Assembly: GCA_031973395.1 (NCBI GenBank)
Contig: DALYDD010000001.1
Span: forward strand, 10,894 to 61,199
From: Minisyncoccota bacterium
GTDB lineage: Bacteria; Patescibacteriota; Minisyncoccia; Phycocordibacterales; CAIZLB01
DNA: 50,306 bases
Direction of reading: 5' to 3'
Positions 20,328-28,064 of the stretch are shown piece by piece; the stretch's first letter is position 1, and the number at the start of each line of letters is the position of its first letter. The position numbers and the translations under genes were made by a program. The notes below the pieces were generated by a model. That model had not been told where the DNA came from and did not search any database. It was given only the letters and a program-made list of their open reading frames with translations.

Positions 20328-21350
20328 ATGAATCCTGATAAAAAAGTTCAGCTCTCCAGGGTCAAGATCGCCATTGCAGGCATTATTGTCTTGGCCCTTA
20401 TTTTAAGCTACTTTTTCTTTCCTCTCGTCTTAAAACTATGGGTTGAAGTGACAAGTCCTACATTTACAGTCGTAGTCCTTCCCGATACCCAAAAATATAG
20501 CCGTTACCTTCCAGAAATCTTTTGCGAGCAAACGGAGTGGATTGTTGATAATCGCCGTAAAGAAAATATTATTTTTGCTGCCCACATGGGAGATATCGTC
20601 GATAGCTGGAGGAATTCGACAAAAGAGTGGGAGGTGGCATCATCTTGCATGAGTAAACTCGATGGCAAAGTCCCCTATAGTATTATTCCCGGCAATCACG
20701 ATACCGATGCACCAGGTGGTCGCGATACAGGTCTTACGACGTACAATACATATTTCCCCGTTTCTCGATATGATAAAAACTCTTGGTATAAAGGAAATTA
20801 CAGAGAAAACGCAAATAATTATCAAATCATCGAAAAACTCGGAGTTCAATTTTTATTTCTAAATCTTGAAATTGAACCTTCTGATAATGCTCTCAAATGG
20901 GCAAATGGTGTAGCAAAGAAATACCCTCGTGCATATATCATCGTATCAACACATAAATACCTACTCGAAGAATCTGGGAGAGACAAAACTCGGTATTATA
21001 GTGTAGCTGGCAATGTGGGCGAGCAAATCTGGGAAAAACTTATCAAGGATAACTGTAATATAGAGATGGTCTGGTCCGGACACTCCTATAGCAAAGATGG
21101 TGAGTTCATGCAGAATTCCGAAAATGCTTGCGGTCAAAACGTACCTCAAATCCTCCAGGATTACCAAGGCCGTGAGAATGGCGGAAATGGCAAGCTTCGA
21201 TTATATACATTCAATCTAAGGAACGCGGAAATAAAAGTGCATACATATTCAACTCACACTAAAACTTCTGAGATCGACATCGATAGTGATTTTACAATTC
21301 CAATCAATTATAAATACCCGAGTAGAGTTTGGACCTTGTGGCCATTTTAA
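20328..21350 (+). CDS. membrane-anchored metallophosphoesterase (calcineurin-like)
   Basis: Motifs VVVLPDTQ, GDIVD, GNHD and GHSY in canonical order, with an N-terminal TM helix. Confidence 0.8.
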   Translation: MNPDKKVQLSRVKIAIAGIIVLALILSYFFFPLVLKLWVEVTSPTFTVVVLPDTQKYSRYLPEIFCEQTEWIVDNRRKENIIFAAHMGDIVDSWRNSTKEWEVASSCMSKLDGKVPYSIIPGNHDTDAPGGRDTGLTTYNTYFPVSRYDKNSWYKGNYRENANNYQIIEKLGVQFLFLNLEIEPSDNALKWANGVAKKYPRAYIIVSTHKYLLEESGRDKTRYYSVAGNVGEQIWEKLIKDNCNIEMVWSGHSYSKDGEFMQNSENACGQNVPQILQDYQGRENGGNGKLRLYTFNLRNAEIKVHTYSTHTKTSEIDIDSDFTIPINYKYPSRVWTLWPF

Positions 21351-21364
21351 GAAAAACCAAGCTG

Positions 21365-23440
21365 CTAACTTTTAAGTATTGTGACAACCCCCAGATCTGC
21401 ATCAACTTCTACGATGTCGCCGTCTTTGATTCGATCTGTTGCAATGCCCATACCGACAATACAAGGGATATCTAATTCTCTACTCACAATAGCCGCATGA
21501 GACATCATGCCACCCTGGTTTGTGATAATTGCCGATGCTTTTTTACAAGCCATGAACAATTCAGGTGAAGTTGTATCTGTAACCAAAATACTTCCTTCGG
21601 GCATATGTTTAATGATTTCTGGAAGACGTTGAAACATATTATCTCCATACTTTATTACAGTAGCTCGACCTTTGGCTTTACCAGAATGCGCTACGATCCC
21701 TTTCAAAACGTTTCCTGAGTCATTTGTGGATTGACTAAAAAAATCATCAATAATTTTTTCAGAGATATCCCCATACAGATACCCAACACTCCCGGCATCT
21801 CCTTGCATTAGATATGACTTTAACCTTTCCTGAACCATTTGCTCTGACAGCCTCTGGCCGTCACATAGAGCAAGTAGATCATTTGTTCCATAGGCCGAAA
21901 CCTCATCTTTTGTTAAATTAAATTGAACGCCGATCTTCGTCATAAATTGCTTTCGATAAGAATCTGGTTGAAAAAACATTTTATTGACTTTAAGGCGGCT
22001 ACCATTTTTAATTTCCTCAAAATCCTTTAGACTCTCCTTAATAACGTCATTTTCTTTAGATACTTTAAATGCTTCGTCAACGTAAAAGAATTCTGTTTTA
22101 GAGTAATGTTTAAAGTTTTCTGTCATTTTCTTCAGGAATAAAACACAATCCTCTCTTGAAATCTCTTCATTGCATAAAATCGATTCAAACACCTTAAAAG
22201 CAGAATCATAGTAGCCAGTGATTTCTTTTTTAAATTCTTCAAAATTTTCTTTATTTCCAAATAATCCAACCCCCTCCTGCAAAGTTTTTTCTATTCTTTT
22301 TTTCGGAAGCCAACTTGTCCATTTATTATGTGCAAAAGTGGTCAGACCATCTAAGTGTTTGTAATATTGAATAAACAAATCAGACATCAGGAAGGACATG
22401 CTATTACCCGAAAATAATTGTTGATAATTTGAATAATCCAATTTGAGTAACTTTTGCTCAGATACCGCTACCTGTGTAGACAAGGTGGTAATCGGCCTAC
22501 TCTGCACAATATAAAACTTACCTGCTTCATATGCCCATTCGATATCGCACGGGAAGCCATAATGTTTTTCAATAGTCATAATAATTTCAGATAATTCCAG
22601 AATCTGCGCTTCGGTCAGAACCTGAGCCTTCCCTTTTTCTCCCAAATCTCGCCACTCACTTCCCCCTTTTTCTACCTGGCCGTTTCCTGCATCTGCAATA
22701 CGATATAAACCCTTCGCCTGCTCAGCTACATTGATATCAATGATTCGGCGAGGATCTTTTTCTACAACATAACTATCTGGAGTGATCTGCCCAGAGACAA
22801 TGGCTTCGCCCAAGCCGAAACCCGCTTCAATAATAAGTTGATTATAATCCTCAGTAACTGGGTGCACAGAAAATGCAATACCGGAAACTTCTGACTCCAC
22901 CATTTTCTGCACCACAACAGCAACTGAAATTTTCGTATTATGTAGACCTTTTTCAAAACGATAGAAAATAGCGCGTGGTGTAAAAAGTGAAGCCCAACAA
23001 TGCTTTACTTTTTCCAAGAGATCAATTTCGGTTGTATTCAAATATGATTCCAGCTGCCCTGCCCAAGCATGATCCTTGCCATCCTCTGCAGTTGCAGATG
23101 ACCTAACTGCTACGAATTGTGCGCCGAGTTCTGCAAAATTTTTCTCAATTTCAGCTTTAATATCCTGTGGCATTTCGCGTGACAGGATTAATTCTTTGAT
23201 CGTTTCTGAAGCTTTTTCTACGGTATGAATTTCGTGATGATTTACCGCATCAATAGCCGCATCTATTTCCTCCACGAGATTTGTCTCGCGGAGGAATTGC
23301 TCAAACGCTTGCGAGAGCACCACAAAACCCGGTGGCACAGGAATGCCAGCTTGGGTCATTTCCCCAAGTGAGGCACCCTTGCCTCCGGCTATAAGAGCAT
23401 TGTCTTTGCCGAGTCTGGTGAAGTTTCGAATAAGTTCCAT
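21365..23440 (-). CDS. PEP-utilising phosphotransferase: PPDK_N ATP-grasp plus swivel phosphohistidine domain, no TIM-barrel domain
   Basis: N-terminus GGKGASLGEM...VAVRSSATAEDG. C-terminus GGMMSHAAIVSRELDIPCIVG. The protein ends about 45 aa after the catalytic His motif. Confidence 0.85.
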   Translation of the reverse strand: MELIRNFTRLGKDNALIAGGKGASLGEMTQAGIPVPPGFVVLSQAFEQFLRETNLVEEIDAAIDAVNHHEIHTVEKASETIKELILSREMPQDIKAEIEKNFAELGAQFVAVRSSATAEDGKDHAWAGQLESYLNTTEIDLLEKVKHCWASLFTPRAIFYRFEKGLHNTKISVAVVVQKMVESEVSGIAFSVHPVTEDYNQLIIEAGFGLGEAIVSGQITPDSYVVEKDPRRIIDINVAEQAKGLYRIADAGNGQVEKGGSEWRDLGEKGKAQVLTEAQILELSEIIMTIEKHYGFPCDIEWAYEAGKFYIVQSRPITTLSTQVAVSEQKLLKLDYSNYQQLFSGNSMSFLMSDLFIQYYKHLDGLTTFAHNKWTSWLPKKRIEKTLQEGVGLFGNKENFEEFKKEITGYYDSAFKVFESILCNEEISREDCVLFLKKMTENFKHYSKTEFFYVDEAFKVSKENDVIKESLKDFEEIKNGSRLKVNKMFFQPDSYRKQFMTKIGVQFNLTKDEVSAYGTNDLLALCDGQRLSEQMVQERLKSYLMQGDAGSVGYLYGDISEKIIDDFFSQSTNDSGNVLKGIVAHSGKAKGRATVIKYGDNMFQRLPEIIKHMPEGSILVTDTTSPELFMACKKASAIITNQGGMMSHAAIVSRELDIPCIVGMGIATDRIKDGDIVEVDADLGVVTILKS

Positions 23441-23452
23441 GTACCATGCATC

Positions 23453-24151
23453 TTAGTTCGTAAACTTGAAAGTAGCAAACATTTGATTAAGTGTTTCAAA
23501 TTCAGGGCGCAAATCTTTTTGCGTATCAGAATCATCATCTGGGGCGACCCGATATTTAACAATATAACATTGGTTATTATGCATAATATGATATTCGCTT
23601 TCTATACTTCCTTTGATCACATCTTTCATGCCAAAAGATTCTTGGTTTTCTTTAACCACAGAAAAAGCATTGCCATTTATCATCTTTATTCCCGCCATTT
23701 TATTTGTGCCGGAAATATTCAGACAATCTTTAATTATAAAATCTTTGTCTCGTGCGAAGATTTCAAAACTATAGTAGGCATTTTTGTCGGAATAAGTAAA
23801 GTGATCAATATTTGATACCTCATTTGAAATAATCGCGCTTTCAAATTTAAAACCGGGAGCAACTTTCATCTCATATTTATAAAGATCACTCACATGTGTT
23901 TTCCAATCAGCCCTGATGACAGGGTTTGTTTTTGTTGTATCAGTACTTTTCACTTGGTTTGGAGTTTGTGCGGAAGTAGAAGTAGAGACAGAGGCGCGCG
24001 TTGTCAAAGGATTTTCTGTAGAACGAGTCCGTGTATCCTCTGCAGTATCATCCCCTTTGCTACCCATATAGGCATATATCCCTACCCCGAATAATACGAT
24101 TGCAACAATCATCAACAAAGCAATCACCGATCCTTTTTGTGAGTTTTCCAT
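23453..24151 (-). CDS. membrane-anchored hypothetical protein
   Basis: N-terminal TM helix followed by an S/T-rich linker. No motif recognised. Confidence 0.6.
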   Translation of the reverse strand: MENSQKGSVIALLMIVAIVLFGVGIYAYMGSKGDDTAEDTRTRSTENPLTTRASVSTSTSAQTPNQVKSTDTTKTNPVIRADWKTHVSDLYKYEMKVAPGFKFESAIISNEVSNIDHFTYSDKNAYYSFEIFARDKDFIIKDCLNISGTNKMAGIKMINGNAFSVVKENQESFGMKDVIKGSIESEYHIMHNNQCYIVKYRVAPDDDSDTQKDLRPEFETLNQMFATFKFTN

Positions 24152-24178
24152 GATGTAAGTATATCAAGTAAAAAAACC

Positions 24179-24997
24179 TTATTCTGTTATTTTCTGCAAG
24201 TGATTAAAAACAGCCTCTTTTTTTAGATGGTTTTCTGCCTCCAAGACAATTTTTTCCATAACAGCCACAGCTTCTATGGGATATTTCCCATTTGCGGTTT
24301 CTTCTGACAACATCACACAGTCAGCCCCTTCGAGGATCGCTTCTACAACATCTGTTACTTCTGCGCGCGTAGGCTCTTGGCTATTTGTCATAGAAAGCAT
24401 CATTTGAGTTGCAACGATCACCGGTTTCCCAACCATTTTACATTTTGAAACAATGTCTGCTTGAACAAAGGGAACTTTTTCTATTGGAATATTATTACCC
24501 AAGTCTCCCCGTGCAACCATGACTGCATCTGCCGAACTGATGATTTCGTCTAAATTTTCAAGGGCGATTGCTCTCTCTATCTTTGCAATCACTTTTTGCT
24601 TCCCGCCATTCTCTTTTATGATTTCCTGGCACTTGATGACATCTTGTGATGTAGCAACAAACGAAACTGCGATGTAATCGACTCCGTGTAGCACACCAAA
24701 CTTTATTAATTCAATATCGTGTTCTGTGATCGCACTCATAGAATCATGATCATATGTGTGGCCATTCGCACCCTGGATTCTTGGACCTGGCAAATCTTGA
24801 ATGATCGGGATCAGGACACCCTTTTCCTTTTCTAACTTGCGAATATTGGCAATATGCTGAGCGTGACTATCTAAAGTATTCCATGAGAAATTTAGCCTAA
24901 TAGCTCCCAATTTTTTTTCAAACATTTCGTTTATAATTTCAGAAGAAAACGAACTTGGTCCCAGCGTTGCAATGATTTGTGCCTGTGCTTTTAACAT
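24179..24997 (-). CDS. pyk: pyruvate kinase, A (barrel) domain only
   Basis: IIATLGP, IRLNFS, IAKIER, MVARGDLG, VIVATQMMLSM and MLSEETANGKYP motifs are collinear with the PK barrel. Only 272 aa. Confidence 0.8.
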   Translation of the reverse strand: MLKAQAQIIATLGPSSFSSEIINEMFEKKLGAIRLNFSWNTLDSHAQHIANIRKLEKEKGVLIPIIQDLPGPRIQGANGHTYDHDSMSAITEHDIELIKFGVLHGVDYIAVSFVATSQDVIKCQEIIKENGGKQKVIAKIERAIALENLDEIISSADAVMVARGDLGNNIPIEKVPFVQADIVSKCKMVGKPVIVATQMMLSMTNSQEPTRAEVTDVVEAILEGADCVMLSEETANGKYPIEAVAVMEKIVLEAENHLKKEAVFNHLQKITE

Positions 24998-25009
24998 ATT
25001 TTCTTTAAT

Positions 25010-25654
25010 TTATGCATGAACAATAGAATCTGTCTTTTTAATATCTTTTGAAATCATATGGCCCTCGTCATCAAGATCGTAGATAACTACTGCTCCAAAT
25101 AACATTTCGATGTTTTTAACCTGATCGTCTGGAACTTTTTCGATATACTTCATAAGCGCACGGATAGCATTTCCATGTGACACCATAAGGACATTACTAC
25201 CTTGCCGGAGATGCGGCAAAATTGTATTACAAAAGAAAGGGACCGTTCTCTTATAGACCATCTCTAGTGTCTCACCATTTGGTACTGGATAATTCCACTC
25301 TCTCCTTACAGCATTCCAACCATCTTCTCCTAGAATCTTTTCCATTTCCCATTTATTTTTTCCCGTATAGTCTCCATAGTCACGTTCATTTAGTGCCGCT
25401 GAATGTTCTACAGGAACATGAAATTGACCTTTTGCCTCTAACATAGAAGAAAGAGTTTCTATTGAACGCACCTGCATTGAAGCAAAAGCATAATCAATTT
25501 TGAATTCTTTAATTAAAAGACCCATCTCTTCAGACTTCTTAAAACCATACTCCGTTAAATGCCTATCTCGAATCCCTGTCCAAAGACCTTTGTGATTCCA
25601 GTCTGATTCGTGATGCCTTACTACTATAAATTTTCCCGGCTTTAATTCATTCAT
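25010..25654 (-). CDS. gpmA: histidine phosphatase family, 2,3-bisphosphoglycerate-dependent phosphoglycerate mutase-like
   Basis: RHHESDWN (RHGE-type catalytic His motif) and a C-terminal SHGN motif. Confidence 0.8.
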   Translation of the reverse strand: MNELKPGKFIVVRHHESDWNHKGLWTGIRDRHLTEYGFKKSEEMGLLIKEFKIDYAFASMQVRSIETLSSMLEAKGQFHVPVEHSAALNERDYGDYTGKNKWEMEKILGEDGWNAVRREWNYPVPNGETLEMVYKRTVPFFCNTILPHLRQGSNVLMVSHGNAIRALMKYIEKVPDDQVKNIEMLFGAVVIYDLDDEGHMISKDIKKTDSIVHA

Positions 25655-25703
25655 TTGTATTTAAATAGATAATACCACAGTTCCACCGTCCCATCACTCT
25701 ACA

Positions 25704-25734
25704 GAAAAACACCCATATGAGATGGGTGTTTTTC
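25704..25734 (-). terminator. intrinsic (bidirectional) terminator after tRNA-Asp
   Basis: ACACCCAT (25709-25716) / ATGGGTGT (25722-25729), flanked by an A-run and a T-run. Confidence 0.6.
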
Positions 25735-25739
25735 TTTTG

Positions 25740-25811
25740 CGCGGCTGATGGGTGCTGACCCCACGGCCTCTCCCGTGACAGGGGAGTGCTCTACCGTTGA
25801 GCTACAGCCGC
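25740..25811 (-). tRNA. tRNA-Asp (GUC)
   Basis: Hand-folded cloverleaf: acceptor GCGGCTG/CAGCCGC, D arm GCTC-AACGGTA-GAGC, anticodon loop CTGTCAC. The T-loop GTCAGCA is atypical. Confidence 0.8.
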
Positions 25812-26012
25812 ATTTTATTTTTGCTTCCCCACCCTCTTTCTGGCTAGAAATAACGGTGATGTGAGACCATTATACATAAAATCATATATTTTCAAAGAGT
25901 CCGACCGTGCAAACTGTAGCCTAAAAAGTAAAGCAAAAGCCGCCGATCCCCACCCTCTCACACATAATGTGAGGGTGAAGCTCGGCGGCTGGGTGCAATA
26001 GTAGGTTTCAAA

Positions 26013-26732
26013 TCAGGCAGCTTGACGCAGGGTCCTCACATCAAACTCAAATGGCTCGTAATAATTGTCATAGACAAGTTGGCCAAGGGCTGCTTTTTCA
26101 GCGACCCACCGGCGATGTCCGTCGAGTACCAGATTTCGAGTCACCAGAGGGCAACACTCGCTGGTGTCGATCACAAGATCGAACATGTCATCCGTCCACA
26201 TGCAGCCCTTGTGGTAGAGCTCTTCGTAGCGGAACACATCGTCCTGATCACGTCGGCGCAAACGGTCTAGCACACGTGAATACCGCTTACCCAATTGAGC
26301 CGCACGACGTCGTGCACAGACTTCAATGGGGCATTTCAGCCGCACCTTGTAATCCCCTAGAAGGACCAGATGTGTAAGACGGCCTTCAAAGACGGCGCAT
26401 CTGTAGGCACCTCGACAATTCATCATCTCGTCGACTGCGTAGTCATGACCCGCTTCGGGATGTTTCCGATTGAAGCGCGCGAATGCCTCAATATCCGGGA
26501 AACCAAGCTGCTGCGCGATCATCCGCATGGTATCCCCTGCGGATACATAGGAGTAGCCCTCGCCGAGAGCCTCTCGTAATAATTTGAGCAGAGTACTACG
26601 ACCGCAGGCTGAAAGTGAACTAATTGAAATCTTGTCGGGGAAAAAGAATTTGGGTGTGATTATTTTTCGGGAAGGTGGCAGTGTCATAGGAAAAAACGGG
26701 GTTAGGGTGGCAGAAAAACAAAAAACACACAT
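26013..26732 (-). CDS. cytidylate-kinase-like / P-loop NTPase-like hypothetical protein
   Basis: ISISSLSACGRSTLLKLL...YVSAGDTMR resembles the CMP-kinase-family N-terminus but has GRST in place of GKST. GC-rich: my hand count of 26101-26160 is 37/60. An alternative start is ATG 26687. Confidence 0.55.
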   Translation of the reverse strand: MCVFCFSATLTPFFPMTLPPSRKIITPKFFFPDKISISSLSACGRSTLLKLLREALGEGYSYVSAGDTMRMIAQQLGFPDIEAFARFNRKHPEAGHDYAVDEMMNCRGAYRCAVFEGRLTHLVLLGDYKVRLKCPIEVCARRRAAQLGKRYSRVLDRLRRRDQDDVFRYEELYHKGCMWTDDMFDLVIDTSECCPLVTRNLVLDGHRRWVAEKAALGQLVYDNYYEPFEFDVRTLRQAA

Positions 26733-26796
26733 TCCTCAAGGAGCGGTGTCTGGGCAAAGAATACAGTCCTAAAACTTATTTAGCAACCCTTAAAGG

Positions 26797-26870
26797 TGTC
26801 AACGGCTGGGATCGAACCAGCGACCTGAGGCTTATGAGTCCTCCGCTCTAACCAACTGAGCTACGTTGAC
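26797..26870 (-). tRNA. tRNA with CAU anticodon (elongator Met or Ile2)
   Basis: Acceptor GTCAACG/CGTTGAC, D arm GCTC-AGTTGGTTA-GAGC, anticodon loop CTCATAA, canonical T arm GCTGG-TTCGATC-CCAGC. Confidence 0.9.
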
Positions 26871-26930
26871 GTGGTATTTTTATAACATAAACTAGGCCTA
26901 AAATAAAGCCTCAGCCGGCTTTGCCGCTCA

Positions 26931-27026
26931 AATAATACATAAGAGAAAATCCTTTGCCTCCGCAGGTTGATAGGGTCACCCTAATCGAAACCGAGGACAG
27001 CAAAGGATTTTCTCTTATGTATTATT
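26931..27026 (+). repeat. extended-hairpin element H1 (conserved core, private 26-bp arms)
   Basis: 26931-26956 is the perfect reverse complement of 27001-27026. The core 26957-27000 is shared with 27210-27264 and 37114-37168. Confidence 0.75.
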
Positions 27027-27100
27027 TGGTTGCGGGGCCAAGAATTGCACTTGGTCCTCAAGGTTATGAGCCTTGCATGCAACTGTTACACCTCCCCGCA
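27027..27100 (-). tRNA. atypical tRNA-Met-like gene (CAU), CCA encoded
   Basis: Acceptor TGCGGGG/CCCCGCA, then A and CCA. Anticodon arm CAAGG-CTCATAA-CCTTG, T arm CCAAG-TGCAATT-CTTGG. The D loop AACAGTT lacks GG. Confidence 0.6.
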
Positions 27101-27190
27101 GATTGCATTACTTCATCAACTTTAGTTAAAATCGAGTGAGTAGCATATATTCTCTACATTTCCGGCACAAAGTCAAGAGTGGTTTTTTGA

Positions 27191-27283
27191 AAAAATTATA
27201 ATCACTTCTGAAGTGCCTCCGCAGGTCGATCAAGTAACCCTAATCGAAACCGAGGACAGTACGAAGAAGTGATTATAATTTTT
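27191..27283 (+). repeat. extended-hairpin element H2
   Basis: 27191-27209 is the perfect reverse complement of 27265-27283. The 55-nt core differs from the H3 core at only 4 positions. Confidence 0.75.
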
Positions 27284-28007
27284 ATATAAAATAAAACTCC
27301 TCGAAAACCCTTCGATAATAATCAATCACTTTTCGAGCTTCGGTATAAGAAAGCTCATAAGCGGAACCTTCATGGGCAATGGTATTTCGAATCTTGTGTC
27401 CTTTCCAAGCTTCATCAAGCGTAGAGAAGAAAGATCGATCCGCAGATTTTAATTTTTCGCCTAAATCTTTACCGGGCAAACCCATTTGCTCCAACATATT
27501 AAATAAAACGATATCTGCCTCAAGAATTGCCAAGCGCCAATCTGCAGGATTTGCAGAATTAATTTTTTGTTCAATATCGAGCCATTGTTCATTTCCACCC
27601 TGTGCCGTTGGTCCATGTATACCCGCACCTGCTCCAGCCAAAGACGGCCCACTCACACCAGGTGGAGCAAACACTGGTGCACGCGCCGCATACCAAGCCT
27701 CAATGATTTGTTTTCGTCTGAGTGAAGCATATGAAATAAGGACGATGAAGAGTAGAGAAATAAAAATAGCAAAGAAAGTATACATAGTGAATACTTTGGC
27801 AACAAAACCAATGAAAGCCTCTTTGAATCGACCTTCACCAGAAAATATTCCTGTATCGACATTGAATGCTCCGAGTACCGCAGGCAAAACCACCAAAGCA
27901 AGCAAGACAAATACGCCCGCCCAAACAACAATGTCTTTTTCAAGAGAGCTTCCCGCGGGAGCGGGTGCCGCTGGTTTTTTGCCTTTATCTGATGGTTTAT
28001 CTGCCAT
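27282..28007 (-). CDS. membrane protein with C-terminal HEPN-like (R-x4-H) helical domain
   Basis: Two TM helices, a Gly/Ala/Pro linker, then ...WKGHKIRNTIAHEGSAYELSYTEARKVIDYYRRVF. ATG at 28007 preferred; the track ORF starts at 28040. Confidence 0.6.
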   Translation of the reverse strand: MADKPSDKGKKPAAPAPAGSSLEKDIVVWAGVFVLLALVVLPAVLGAFNVDTGIFSGEGRFKEAFIGFVAKVFTMYTFFAIFISLLFIVLISYASLRRKQIIEAWYAARAPVFAPPGVSGPSLAGAGAGIHGPTAQGGNEQWLDIEQKINSANPADWRLAILEADIVLFNMLEQMGLPGKDLGEKLKSADRSFFSTLDEAWKGHKIRNTIAHEGSAYELSYTEARKVIDYYRRVFEEFYFI

Positions 28008-28064
28008 AAATATAGATCCATTATACACCTTCACGGGCACGCGTCGCCACTATCGGCACAAAGC

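Noticed and set aside
26957-27000. Hammerhead or other small self-cleaving ribozyme in the H-element core
   Set aside because: CGAAAC after a short helix recalls the hammerhead core, but the obligatory CUGANGA strand is absent on either strand. I also could not fit twister or pistol consensus elements from memory. Left as an unknown structured element.
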